Origin: Octopus sinensis
Taxonomy: Eukaryota
DNA length: 64,000 nucleotides
Direction of reading: 5' to 3'
Assembly (NCBI RefSeq): GCF_006345805.1
Contig: NC_043000.1
Coordinates: 113,274,001 to 113,338,000, forward strand
Shown here: piece after piece, positions 1 to 13,826 of the stretch
Layout of the letters: each line of letters starts with the position of its first letter
How positions within the stretch are numbered: position 1 is the first letter of the stretch
Notes under the pieces: model-generated
Databases searched by the model: none
Seen by the model: only the letters and a program-made list of their open reading frames with translations
What the model was told of the DNA's origin: nothing
Position numbers and translations under genes: made by a program

Positions 1-870
1 GAATGGAAACTACCGGCAATAGTTTGGGTTTAGGAAATCGGTGAATTTCTTTGATCTAATAAAGAACAATATTTGTTATTCTTCAGAAAAAAATAATCTG
101 TATCCTTCTGCTATAAACTTCTGCTATAAACTTCTCAAATTGAAGCGATATCTGTGCATAGAATACGAAACTAGGACTAATTTACCAATGACGATGTTTT
201 CCTTCCCATTCACCCTCATGGGACATAAGAAAATCTATAAGCTAAGGGTGACACATGAAATTTGTCTTGTCCAATTGTAATTCTTTACAAACAGAGTGTT
301 TTCTCATTCGATATATATATAATATGGAATCCTCTATTTTAACTGTTAATTTACACGGAAAATGTTATTTTCGATCTGCTGCCTCTTGTAATAAAGGTAT
401 ATTTATGTTGTTTATATCGCGTCTTAAACCTTAGAATTTATATATATACAGGGTTTTTTAAATATTTGAATCACCGTTCATTCGTATCTATACATGATAC
501 TGGATGGAACTAGCTAAATAATAACGTCGCTATTGAGTAACACTACCTTACGACAACGGATGTGTGTGTGTATGGAGAAATGAAAAGATGATGACGGTGT
601 AATGTGTCGTAATGTCGAATATATTTATTCCAGAAATTACATATGTAGAATCAATTATAAGGCAGCATTGAGCTCATAGCAAACACGTATCCCTTTTATA
701 TCACCCGTAATTCCATTTAGCCATTTCATTTATTCAGTTCCTACCTCATTTTTAATTCTAATGCCTCTTACATGTTTTTTTTTTCGTATATGAACAGTTC
801 TTCAATTCCAGTCCACATACAAACACACACATACACCCATAAAATATATACTTTAATATAATATGATATA

Positions 871-973
<103 letters not shown>

Positions 974-1956
974 CACGCACACACAATGTACTAACGCATA
1001 CAATTTATGAAAGGAAATGTGGACGGTTTTCTAACGCAGCTTTGGTCGCGTGTTTTCTTTATTTTTCATAGGAAGTAGGCACAAATAAAATACGTTGTAT
1101 TCCAACTATTAAACCCCTTCTTCAACATTAAATATTTTATAGATGGCGGCTTTATTCATAATTCTCCGTACAGGAGGAGATGCGGAAATCTTTCAGCTTG
1201 CTGGTAACACACATCGTCAACAACAGCAAAATTCTTCTCTATATCATCTCAAATATTTCCTACCTATTCAGACATCCATAACATTATTTCAAATTATTTC
1301 GCTCTAACGTTTCCCAATTTATTGTAAATATTGTATATATAAATATCTGTCTACCTTTTCTGCTAATTGCCTCTATAAACTTTTTTTTTTCTATTTTGAT
1401 ATATTACTTAACACTCTCGCACTCGTATCAACCCAGGAGGCTGTCCTTGAATACAGTTCTAGTTGCTTGTTTTGTGTAATATATTTCGTTTCCTTCAGTT
1501 AGTAGTCATTATCAACAACATTCAGAAACTTTTATTGTCACATTCGCTGTAAGGGTTATTTTTATTCATTCTTACTAAAGGCATATGGCATTTAATTGAT
1601 TTCTTTTTTTACTTCATTCAAAGTTTTCATAAATAAATGTTCAGTCAGTAACATTCTCATAGCAAATCACATATGTGTCTATCTATTTATCTATGTGCCT
1701 ATGTCTCTGTTTATGGGTGTATGCACACGTAAACCTGTGTATGTGTTTCTGTGTGAGGTGAGGAGAAATGCGTGATATCGTCTGTTGAAGATGATGTATT
1801 TCAATGCGGGTAGGCAAATATCTCTATGGTGTATATGTTATGCATCTATGCGGAAGTCTATCCACCTATTCAGCGATCTATTTATCTCTCTATCTATCAC
1901 TCTCTCTCTCCTTATCTCTGTATATATATATATATATTATATATTATATATGTAAT

Positions 1957-1998
<42 letters not shown>

Positions 1999-3458
1999 AT
2001 GTATATGTATATATATATATATTTGTATATATATACACATACACACACACCACACACACACATATATATATATAAGTGAGTATGTGTATATACCTATATA
2101 TGTGTGTGCCTGTGTATGTGTGTGTGTATGTAAGTAACTTTATAATGGAAATTTCAAGATTATCTCCCTCATTATAAATATATATAATACACACGCATCT
2201 GTTGGGGTTACAAACAATTTAATAATTCAAAGATTGAATCAGGAAGTAGATGTAGGTGGGTTACAGTTCGTTAAATCATGGAGATAAGACCCGAATTAAA
2301 CGGTACCATGCTGACCGCGATTTTTTCAAAGAATAGTAAAAATTTACGCTTCTTCCCTTTATTCTGGACATAAAACATACTTCTGTACGCCATCCTCCTT
2401 TCCACAGTATCGGATAAACCAAAAACCCGACATGATGTGCGGACGAGAGCAACGGATTCAAACTCCGTTATACACCAAATGGGCCAGCAGGTAGGACAAA
2501 GGCACATATATTTGAGTGTTGATGCGAAACACCCCAGACTGAGGAAATCAAAAAGGCCACAGTGATGCTCCAGCATGGCCGCAGTCAAATGATTGAAACA
2601 AGTTAAAGTATATGCATATAAACGGCGGGATTCTTTCAATTTCCATGTAACAAATCCAACGTCGGGGGAAACGTTAGTACGTTGGACAAAATGCTTTGCG
2701 AAGTTTCTTTTGGCTCTTTTTGGCTCATATACTTAACGACGTTTGACTCATATATTTGAGTCTGGAGAGAGTCAATCTGTTTAATGGCTTATTAATTAAC
2801 ACACTCATCGGTTCGATTACCACTCATTTACTTATATATTTTCACTAAAATTCTCGTTGTTTCTTGCAACCTGTTCAATAATCGTTGTCTCTGACCGTTA
2901 TCGAAGCTGCTTTTTTTTGTTTGTTCGTGCGCATATACACACACACGCACACGCACAAAGATGCATGTATGTATATATAGGTATATATGTAGGTGATCTA
3001 ACATCTTAATCATATTCAGTGATAATTATAGTTTTCCTTTTTGCTAAAGCGTTGCAGTCGGCTGTCTATATGAATTTTTATTCACACACAAAAAAACACA
3101 CACATGCACACACAAACACACACACACAAATATTGATATTGAGAACATTTAAAATGTGGTATTGGTAAGCCAAGAGAAATTTGAGTATGGCTGACATATA
3201 ACAAACATAGAGTCCTTAAAACAAACAAATAAAGGATAGCAATGCATACATGATAAAACATATGAATATGTAAAGTGTTAAGACGTATACGAATGTAGAG
3301 AACTGGGACAAGCATAAAAACAACAGTACGGATCATAATAAGCATAATACAAATATGCATTACTAAGATGGAGACATATTTAATTGCCACACATATACAG
3401 AGAGAGTCGGAGAGAAATATAAATGAGAGACCGATAGCATACATACATACATACATAC

Positions 3459-3490
<32 letters not shown>

Positions 3491-3500
3491 CACACATATA

Positions 3501-3570
<70 letters not shown>

Positions 3571-4584
3571 TAATATATATATATATATGTAACTAAATAT
3601 TGATGTACGATGTATACAGAGGAATGTAGATAGATATATGGAACACTGAAACGTAGGTCGGTAATATGAGGGAAAAAATCAATGGAATTGAGGCGGTGTG
3701 GTATGTACTTTGTAAAGTAATACGCATGTTTGCTTATTATACTTATGTAAATCATAAACGCACTCTGTCTGTCTGTCTGTCTCTCCCTCGCTCCCTCTCT
3801 CCTCTCTCTCTCTCTAAATATATATATATATATTTATAGAGATAGAGAGAGAGAGATTATATAGATTCAAATATATATAGATATATATACGTATTATATA
3901 TATGGATATACATACACGCGTATATATATATACATATATACATATAAGCATGTATATATATATAAATACGTATATAAATTCACACACTCATCCACACACA
4001 GATACGCACACACACGCTCACACACACACACATATATATATATGCACGTTTGTACACACGTATGTACATATATTTACGCACACAAAGAGACGCGCAACAC
4101 GAACATACATACATTTCACACAGCCACACATGTATGAGTGGGATATATATATAGTTAAAACAGGCATTTTAATGCATTCTGTTGTGCATGCATATCAGAA
4201 CATGAATGCATATCTACGCCCCACATATACACTGATGCATTTTCCCACCACAGACGCATACACGATAACACTGACATGCGCACATATACAGACGTCTATA
4301 CAGATACACGCGCACGGAATCATACGTAGACATACAGGAAGCTTGCGGATAAGAACCACAAACCGGACCATCATTGTATCAAATCTGACGTCAATTTAAC
4401 AAAGAGAAAAAACCCCCCACTAATTTGAGCATAAAACGAAAAGGAAACCTTTAAACACCCACATACACCCACCCACCCGTAGAGATATACAAACGCACAC
4501 GCATATACACAGAATACATATACATACCTACACACCACATATATATATATACGTACTTATACATATTTATAAATATATACATAC

Positions 4585-4645
<61 letters not shown>

Positions 4646-4738
4646 GCTATATACATGTGTATGTGTATATATATAGATAGATGTAGATATGTATATATAT
4701 ATATAAAGTTAATATATATGTATATATATAAAGTTATG

Positions 4739-4772
<34 letters not shown>

Positions 4773-5003
4773 TACACTTATATATATGTACATTATATAT
4801 ATACATATATATATATATACATGTACATATATACATGTATACATATTCATGTACATACATATATGGGTTTATATATATATATATGTATATGTGTATGTAT
4901 GCATTTTGCATGTGTGTGTGTTTGCGTGTGTGTGTGTGTTTTATGTATGCATGTGTATATGTTTGTATATATACATACAACACACACCACACACTCACAT
5001 ATA

Positions 5004-5044
<41 letters not shown>

Positions 5045-5047
5045 ACA

Positions 5048-5094
<47 letters not shown>

Positions 5095-5902
5095 ATATAC
5101 TCGGGAGCCGTTGCTCACAAAGCGAACAGCAATGAGCACAATAGCTGCCGAAACACGAACGGTGCACAAACTGCAATAGCTGCACATAAACATAAAAGGC
5201 GAAATTAGCGCATAAACATAAAATCTATTTAAATACGACAATTACTATTGAACCCTCTCACTAGATGCAAACAAAATGGCTTCTCAGCAGCCCATTTGCC
5301 CAGAACCCCCCTCTCGGCTCCATCGACGCACTCACTCTCCACCTACGTACCTACGTACTTACATCCGTGCGTGCCGGCGTGCGTGCGTATATCGGTATAT
5401 GTAATAGCGAGGGTGTTTGTATAACGAACATGTACACAGATATATGTGTGTTGTGTGTGTGTGTGTTTGTAAATAGGCGTTTAGATAAATGGGGTTGCAT
5501 TGAAGGATTCTATATGACGGTGACATAAATAGTTATATACCTGGTTTTTCATTTTTTTACGCGAGTATGTGCAACATAACTATGCAAATCTTCATTCTTG
5601 TGATGCAGCATACATTTATACATACACACACAAACACCCATGCATTTGCGCATGCATTCATATATGTATATATATATAAATATATACACACACACGTACA
5701 TATATATACATATATATATATACAAACACACACACACACACATGTATTTGTGTATGTATATATGTTTATATATATGTATGCCTATACATGCATTTAAATA
5801 TGTATATATACATATAGACACTCGCTAACGCATGCACACATATATGCTTATATGTATGTTTGCATGTGTTGTGTATAGATATGCATTTATGTCTCAATGA
5901 CA

Positions 5903-5941
<39 letters not shown>

Positions 5942-5991
5942 CGATTTTTGTGGGAGAGTGCACACACGCACTTACACACACGCACACACAT

Positions 5992-6028
<37 letters not shown>

Positions 6029-6045
6029 TATATATATATATATAA

Positions 6046-6700
6046 ATATAGAGGGCGCCCCCCAAAATATGTATACAGATTTTAACACCTAATAACTCAA
6101 TTTTCATTTCTTTTTAGATTTAACCCATTGGAAATAATGAAGGAAGCCAGAGTAAATTTCGATTGGAACAAAGGAAATTTGTTCTAAAGTGGTTCTGGAA
6201 GTGTCAAAACATGGCGGAAGAACAAAGACGAATTTAGGGAAGTGTTTTTAACAGATCCACCTACATCAGTAACAATCCTTCGTATTAGAGATATTTTTTA
6301 AGCTGGTGGAAACGTTGATAATGTCCACAAGAAAAGTTCCGGGTGATGGCGGATATCGATGAGCTCTGACAAGCAAGAAAGCGCACTAGAAACGAATTGC
6401 CTGAGTTCAAACGTAATTCGTGTCACGCAAATCGTGTAACACGAATTTCAAAATCACGCGTCAATCGCATTTTGAAGCATTTTCAATGAAAATGCTACAT
6501 TCAAAGAAACAGGCATGCTTTTAATGAACATGATTCGGACCGAAGTGTAATGTTTTGCGGGTTGCACGAAGCTAACTGCATAAAGGATGCACACTTTCCC
6601 ATCAAAAGGTATTTTGATTAAATGAAGCTATATTTAAATTAAACGGCTCAATTAACCACCGCGATTGCTTCTGCGGGTTGGATGCCTGACCAGTATATTA
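6046..6700 (+). pseudogene. Decayed Tc1/mariner-superfamily transposase (DUF4817-type N-terminal HTH through the first catalytic Asp region), with frameshifts and stops
   Basis: Joined frames from ATG 6137: MKEAR..QRKFVLKWFWKCQNMAEEQRR..FLTDPPTSVTILRIRD..AGGNVDNVHKKSSG..ISKSRVNRILKHFQ*KCYI..HAFNEHDSDRSVMFC..EAIFKLNGSINHRDC. A TIR-like start (tatagagggcgccccccaaaa) lies at about 6046. Confidence 0.85.
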
Positions 6701-6737
6701 CAAGTGGCCTGTAGATGTCTTCAGGTATAAAATATTT

Positions 6738-6913
6738 CGTCCACCGCTGCGTTCTGAGTTCAAATTCCGCCGAGTTCGACTTTACCTTTCATCCTTTTGG
6801 GGTCGATAAATTAAGTACCAGTGACGCACTGGGGTCGATGTAATTGACTTAATCCGTTTGTCCGTACTTGTTTGTCCCCTCTATGTTTAGCCCCTTGTGG
6901 GCAATAAAGAAAT
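6738..6913 (+). mobile_element. 5'-truncated tRNA-derived SINE (family A) with 15-bp TSD
   Basis: B-box gagttcaaattcc and the ctttcatcc..gtcgataaattaagtaccag body. AGGTATAAAATATTT occurs at both 6723-6737 and 6914-6928. Confidence 0.93.
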
Positions 6914-7272
6914 AGGTATAAAATATTTAATGGGTTCGGGAGGCGGAAATAGAAAAAGGATGCAGGTTTTCCAGGGATGTCGTCAGGAAGATGGAAGAAA
7001 TCTACTAAGACATAGGTGTATAATTGGATAAAAATGGTCATAGAATGCTACAAGGGAAGATCAGTCTGTGGCATCTGGGATATTCAGAAAATAGCAATCA
7101 ACTAGAAGCAAAAGAAGAAAATTCCTGTGAAGAAATAAATATGGAAAAAGTAACAGTGAGAATAGAGCACCAGGGATATTGCTTTCCTTAGATCTGAAGA
7201 TCTGAAGATCTGAAGATCTGAAGACGATGGTTTCTTTGGTTCTACCGAAGATAGATTTATTCTGTATATCAA

Positions 7273-7480
7273 GGCGGTGAGCTGTTGGAACCATAAACAC
7301 GCTGGGAAAACTTCATGGTGATATTTTTGTCTGTCTTTACGTTCTGAGTTCAAATTCCACCGAAGTCGACTTTGTCTTTCATCTTTCCGGTTTCGATACA
7401 TTAAGTACCAGTTTTCACGTTAAGATCGATATAATAGACTTAACCCCATCACCCGAAATTGCTGGCTAGTATTTGAAACC
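7273..7480 (+). mobile_element. Diverged SINE with the same head and body but the alternative (B/C) tail
   Basis: ggcggtgagctg head, ttctgagttcaaattcc B-box, gtcgactttg body, cgaaattgctggc tail. Confidence 0.85.
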
Positions 7481-7657
7481 AATTTACAAATGACATATAC
7501 ACATTATATCATATAACCACAATTTGATTTGGTCACAACATGTAAATTGTACGTGTGAATTTTCATGGAATTACATTGCTTTTAAATACTTTCAACCTTA
7601 TACCATAAAAATAAATTATTTAAACATCCATAATTCTTCATCCATTCTCTTACTTTC

Positions 7658-7704
<47 letters not shown>

Positions 7705-7705
<1 letters not shown>

Positions 7706-7910
7706 GGCGACCGGGTGCGTATCGTTGGCGATTTTTTCCCTCCATCTTCCCTTCCTTGGATCTTTACTTTTTCTATGTTTCTGACGAAGAGCTCCGCTCG
7801 AAACGTTGAACCCTCCTTCTTTCTTTACTTTCCTAAGCGTCCAATAGCACTATACTTGTTCCACTTCCTCGTGTTGTATTTTCTCCATGTGTTTTCATGT
7901 TTGTATTAGG
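7705..7910 (+). mobile_element. Short (TA)n-flanked Penelope-type repeat carrying a minimal hammerhead motif
   Basis: Homologous to 58440-58690 (reverse) and 19795-19860 (reverse, partial). Contains gttt-CTGACGA-a-gagctccgctc-GAAAC-GTT-gaac. Confidence 0.7.
7777..7811 (+). ncRNA. Minimal type I hammerhead ribozyme motif
   Basis: Stem I GUUU/GAAC, core CUGACGA (7781-7787), stem II GAGC-UCC-GCUC, GAAA, palindromic AACGUU in place of stem III, GUU cleavage triplet. Confidence 0.7.
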
Positions 7911-7977
<67 letters not shown>

Positions 7978-8694
7978 TTTATATTTATATTATATATATA
8001 CATGCATGTGTTTGCGTGTATTTCTGTGAGTTGGAATAAAAGACGAAATGTTTATTGGTAGTATCTTCTAAGTAAATAATACAACTGTAATATATAAGTA
8101 CACACACGCATACACACAAAGCATGCGCGGAGGGCACCCAAATAAACGCCAATAAAGATATGAAATAAACGTTTAGTATCCATTCTTTTCAAAACTTCCG
8201 CACCATAAGCAGAGACAAACGCAAGTGCACACACGCAAACCCACAGACACACACACACGCACACACACACACACACAAACACATACACATACACATATTG
8301 ACGCGCACAGATGGAGGTACATGCGCATGCTCTCTCTGATGCACTGATAGAATGAACCATACCACAGAAACGCGCGTCCGCACACTCACACACTCGGTTC
8401 TTGAGACAAACAGACTTGAAGATGATGTGGAGTGGGGGCGGCATATGATTGATGAGGACGCGATTGGTGAAGAAAGGACTTTGTCAAACATAAATGATGA
8501 TTGATTAACTGAATGATGAATGAAATCGTCGAATACTGATCTGGTTAAATAGTTATCCGGTTGGTGAATAATAAGGAAGTGAAAAAGAACCAGACCTTGA
8601 TTTAATTACTGGCATAATGACCCTCCCGAGATACAACAAAATCTCCTTCAACAGAATTGTTTTACTCAAGGATTTGGCAAATCAAATACAAAAA

Positions 8695-8762
<68 letters not shown>

Positions 8763-9007
8763 ACTAACTAACTAACTAACTAACTATCTATCTATCTATT
8801 TATCTATCTGTCTATCTATTAATTTTGTCTATCTATCTGTCTATTCATCTATCTTTATATCTATCTGTTTGTCTGCCTGTCTGCCTTTTTATCTATCTAT
8901 CTATATATATATATCGAGGCTGTCTGTCTGCCAGTCTATCTATCTATGTTTCTATATGTGTGTGTTTGTCTATCTATCTCTCTATCCGTCTTCTACATAT
9001 TTATTAC

Positions 9008-9046
<39 letters not shown>

Positions 9047-9440
9047 TCTTAAAATGATATTACTAACCACCAAGATAAACGCCATAAAAGGTAGAAATAT
9101 AAATATACAAATCGGATGTACTCAAAGTAAGATTATTGCTAGAAATTGCAGCCGGTTAGCTATCGGTGCTATGTAGGTAGATAGATGTCGAGCGTGTATG
9201 GTTTTGTGTGTCCCTGTGTATCTGCATCTGTGTATTTATGTATATATGTATGTGTGTATGTATGTATGTATGTATGTATGTATGTATGTATGTATGTAGG
9301 TATCATGCATGTATGTATGTATTATGTATGTATGTATGTATGTATGTATGTATTTAAAGTGCATTCTAACAGACCCAGTGAGTGGGGGTTAGTTGGTGTA
9401 TATAAACGAAATTTGAATCTGACGGTTCTATAATTATTGT

Positions 9441-9835
9441 ATTCTACTCTAGGTCCGAAAGTTTTGGGGAGGGGGCCAGTCAATTAGATCAATCCCAATA
9501 CACAACTGGTACTTAATCTCCTGACCCCGAAAGGATGAAAGGCAAAGTCGACCTCGACGGAATTTGAACTCATAACGTAATGACAGACAAAACACCTATT
9601 TCTATTTCTTTACTACACACAAAGGGCTAAACACAGAGGGAACAAACAAGGACAGACACACGGATTAAGTCGATTACAACGACTCCAGTGCGTAACTGGT
9701 ACTTAATTTATCGACCCCAAAAGGATGAAAGGCAAAGTCGACCTCGGCGGAATTTGAACTCAGAACGTAACGGCAGACGAAATACTGCAAAGCATTTCGT
9801 CCGGCGTGCTAACGTTTCTGCCAGCTCGCTGCCTT
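9441..9835 (-). mobile_element. Dimeric SINE (full family A monomer followed by 5'-truncated family B monomer)
   Basis: Two gaaaggcaaagtcgacctc..tttgaactc blocks in tandem. Same layout as 10951-11345 and 61621-62010. Confidence 0.9.
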
Positions 9836-10189
9836 GACGATTGTATAGTTATTGCCATGTCAGAGATTGAAAATTGAATATCGTTCCACCTTCTGGATTA
9901 AGTGGCGTTAGTGTTAGGAATTAGGGATTTAGTGTGAGGGATTAGGGTTGTTATTAAGGATTAGGGTTTTCGGTTGAGGAGTGGCATACTGGTGGTAAAT
10001 GCGAGTCAATAGACGTTGTTCTTCATGTCGTTGATGCTTGTGCTGCGTTGTTGTCATTCTTAGGATTTTAGAGAATGTCGGTGCTTTTGCTTTTGCTATT
10101 GTCGTCGTTATTTATTGTATTGTTGTTCTTATTACTGTGGTTGCAGTCGTTTTCGCTGCTGCACCTAATACAGGTCTGTTGTAATTTAT

Positions 10190-10680
10190 GTTGCTGATAC
10201 TGTTGTTGAAGTTGTTACAAATGTTCTCCTCTTTCTCCATCGCCATCTGTTTCTTCTTCTTCTTTCTCTTCTTCTTCTTCTTCTTTCCTTCTCCTACTTC
10301 TACTTTTTCCTCTCCTCCCCCTTCTTATTCTTATTCTCCTTCTTCTTCCTTTTCTCCCTCTTTTTCTTCTACCTCTCGTTCCCCTTCTTCTCCCTCTTCT
10401 TCTTCTACTTCTCGCTCCTCTTCTTCTTCTTCCTCCTCAGCCTCCTCTACTTCCTCTTCTTCGACTTCTACTTCTTCTTCTTCCTCTTCTTCATCTTACC
10501 CTTCTTTTTCTATTTCTGCTTTTCTCCTTTTTCTTCTTTTTCTTCATTTTTCTTCTTTTCATCTCCTCCAGGTATGGCTCTTGATGCAAATGTTGCTGAT
10601 GATGATGAGGTTGATGATGACGACGACGATGACGACAACGATGACGATCATCATCATCATCATGACGACGACGATGATTT
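10190..10680. repeat. (TTC/TCC)n and (GAT/GAC)n triplet microsatellite tract
   Basis: Direct inspection. It generates the poly-S/F ORF in the track. Confidence 0.9.
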
Positions 10681-10950
10681 ATTATTTTGATTTTTTGCCG
10701 ACTAGCAGTTCTTACTGTAAATCGGGGTCTATTGCTTTTGGGTTGAGAAACCCGCATAAGATTTTGCTAAAATTTATCTCCAACGAATTGTTTATAATTT
10801 TAGAATAATCAAAATATTTTAACAGTTCTTTTTTCATACACTTCCTACGTCATAGGTCTCCCTACTCCTTATGTTTAAGGTTCAAATACCGGCCAGACAT
10901 TTTTGCTTTTCATCGTTGCAAGATCGATAAATCAAATAACTACTAAATTA

Positions 10951-11345
10951 TTCTTTTCTACTTTAGGCACAAGGTACGAAATTTTTGTGGAGGTGGGGGT
11001 GGCAGTTGATTAGATCGACTCCAGTATGCAACTGGTACTTAATTTATCAACACCGAAAGGATGAAAGGCATAGTCGACCTCGGTGGAATTTGAACTCAGA
11101 ACAGATGAAATACCTATTTCTTTACTGCCCACAAGGGGCTAAACACAGAGAGGACAAACAAGGACAGACACACGGATTAAGTTGATTACATCTACCCCAG
11201 TGCGTAACTGGTACTTTATTTATCGACCCCAGAAGGATGAAAGACAAAGTCGACCTCGGCGGAATTTGAACTCAGAACGTAGCGGCAAACGAAATACTGC
11301 TAGGCATTTCGCCCGGCGTGCTAACGATTCTGCCAGCTCGCCGCC
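10951..11345 (-). mobile_element. Dimeric SINE (A plus truncated B)
   Basis: Same two-monomer layout, ending with the reversed head ccagctcgccgcc. Confidence 0.9.
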
Positions 11346-12843
11346 TTCGCCTCCTAAATTACTGACGCACCTATGTTACAAATTCTTGTTGTTAGTATCA
11401 TTTATTTATCATGAAACTCCGGACAAACCACATAGCATTGTCTGAATGAGATTATCTGCCTTGTGAGTTCAAACCTTGATAGAGGTCTACTTTGTCCTTC
11501 AGCCTCTAAATTCAACAAAAGAACCATTTAAACTACAGGAATCCATACAACCGACTGCTTCCTTTCCAGAGTAACTGAATTCTTGTGTTTATGGTAAAAA
11601 TATCTATGATTAAAAGAATGACATTTTTTTTTTCACTGTCACAATGGTAAGGAAAGGATCTATGAGATTTTTCTGGATCTGTGAAATTACTGAGAATGGA
11701 AGTTACTCTCAGTCCAGAAGCCTGACTCAAATAGTCGCAACAATGTACATTCGGCGAAAAACGCCGTCAGATGGTGTTACATCATGTCTACCATCTACGT
11801 TATACCTCCCACCCAACAACCACATGAACAATCTCTCCAACGGACTTCCATTAGTTCCTGTCTACCGAATTTCACTCATGGGTCATTAGTTGGCACAAAG
11901 CAATAGGTTTCACTGGCGCCTGTCCAATAACGTTGCATAGAAATGGCATCATTTGGAACGAAAATGGTCGATGAAAGAGTAGGCATTACGGTCATGCGAG
12001 ACACAGCACACATTTGCCAAATACTTGGTTCTTTGCGGGTTTAAGATTATAAATTCCAGCAGTTATACGTTGATGGTGATTTCGACAAGCAAACTGAACA
12101 AAAATGAACGAAATATAGTGGTCTAAGGTTTGATTTGAATCTAAAACGGCAAGAAACGATATATTCAAGGAATAGATATGCAATATGCTTTAAATTTACC
12201 TGTCGACCAAAACGTTCATTGCATTTTAAAATGTCGGTTGATGCTGTAAAATGTCTTGTTGGAAACCATCAGTGAAAATTTAATATTCCAGAATGCAATT
12301 GGTAGCCATGATTCTTACAAGACAAGAATCTATAAAGAGAAACGTTATTTTGAAGAATAGAGACAATACAATCCAAAAGAATAGAGATGCTCAGAGTTTA
12401 GAATGATCATTAGTATCATTTTATATGCATAAACAGAGAAGATAGGTGGCAATACTGTGTTCTTAGAGACAGATCAAACAATGCTGTTTCATGTTACGAT
12501 ACGCATACCCTTCAAAAACTGTCCAACTAAATTTAAAGCCTGGTTTAATATGTTAAATTTTGAAGAGATAATTCTTCAATGAATATATTATATAGAATAT
12601 CGTAAGATATCAAATATTTTTATCGAGTTAGAAAACTGTATATTCCGAAAATATTCTAACGTGATCCTTATTGTTCTCTCTGAACACCCAGATGATTTTC
12701 CTTATATGGTATTCAAAATGCAAAATTATATATTTATATAAGTTTTGTAATTGTAATCATATTTGTGAAATGAAACAATCGTTGACTAATTAATAAATTA
12801 ATTTGTATCCATTAGAACATCCATTTCTAACTCGATATATGAA

Positions 12844-12910
<67 letters not shown>

Positions 12911-12962
12911 TATGTTATATATTATATATAATATATATATATATTATATATATATATATATT

Positions 12963-13077
12963 GTGCAAAACACCGCCAGGTTGATGGACGTACAATGATT
13001 TTAACATCCTGACAAACTTACGTCGGTTCTCTTGTTACCAAAACACATACACTCACACACACAGAAATGCATGTTAG

Positions 13078-13141
<64 letters not shown>

Positions 13142-13779
13142 AGTATATATTAAGTCAGACTAACACACCCACTCACACACAAACAAACTATATATATGCG
13201 AATGTGTGAATGATGTGTGTCGTGTGTGTTAACATATATACCTGCATGCGTGTGTATATGTTTGCCGATATAAACTGTTGATGAATCCTTTTATTTCAAA
13301 TCATAACTTAGCCATTCGATAAATATGGAGCAATAAAATAAATGATTAGACTAAAATGATACATATTAGCGTCGATATGATCATATTAATAAAACAATGA
13401 AATACCTAAAGATGGCGCTCAAACATGACACCAGTCTAATGCGTAAACGCTTTCATATAACAGAAATATTAAAGACAGGAGCAGAGTTAAAACGGAATCC
13501 ATTTTTCCTTCTCATCAGTCAACCAAGTTGTTGAACGAATAAGTAAATATATGTCTGTTTGCTTGTGTATGTGTGCTTGTGTGTGCGTTAGCATGCGTTG
13601 ATTGGTTGTGTGACGAAGGCGTCAGACCTAATATGTTGATGTTAAGTACAGGTACAGATAAAAACTCGTGCAAAACACCGCCAGGTTGATGGACGTACAA
13701 TGATTTTAACATCCTGACAAACTTACGTCGGTTCTCTTGTACCAAACACATACACTCACACACACAGAATGCATGTTAG

Positions 13780-13825
<46 letters not shown>
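12963..13825 (+). repeat. Near-identical local duplication of about 120 bp plus (TA)n (12963-13137 and 13668-13825)
   Basis: gtgcaaaacaccgccaggttgatggacg...gcatgttagtatg occurs twice and differs only by single-base homopolymer indels. Confidence 0.95.

Positions 13826-13826
<1 letters not shown>

Noticed and set aside
1142-1203. ttttatag|ATGGCGGCT...GCTG|gtaaca micro-exon candidate; similar weak candidates at 19235, 34682, 43237 and 58312
   Set aside because: The splice signals are of a quality expected by chance in 64 kb, the peptides are unrecognised, and no consistent gene model links them.
7190-7225. CTGAAGA repeats resembling a hammerhead core
   Set aside because: It is a simple 8-bp tandem repeat (atctgaag x4) with no stem II or GAAA arrangement.
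9915-9975. Several TTAGGG hexamers
   Set aside because: There are only three, non-contiguous; too degenerate to call interstitial telomeric repeat.
10985-11445. Recurrent peptide RKDERQSRPRRNLNSER in many ORFs
   Set aside because: It is a translation of the SINE body, not a gene family or a CRISPR-like repeat. Copies are dispersed, in both orientations, and have TSDs.
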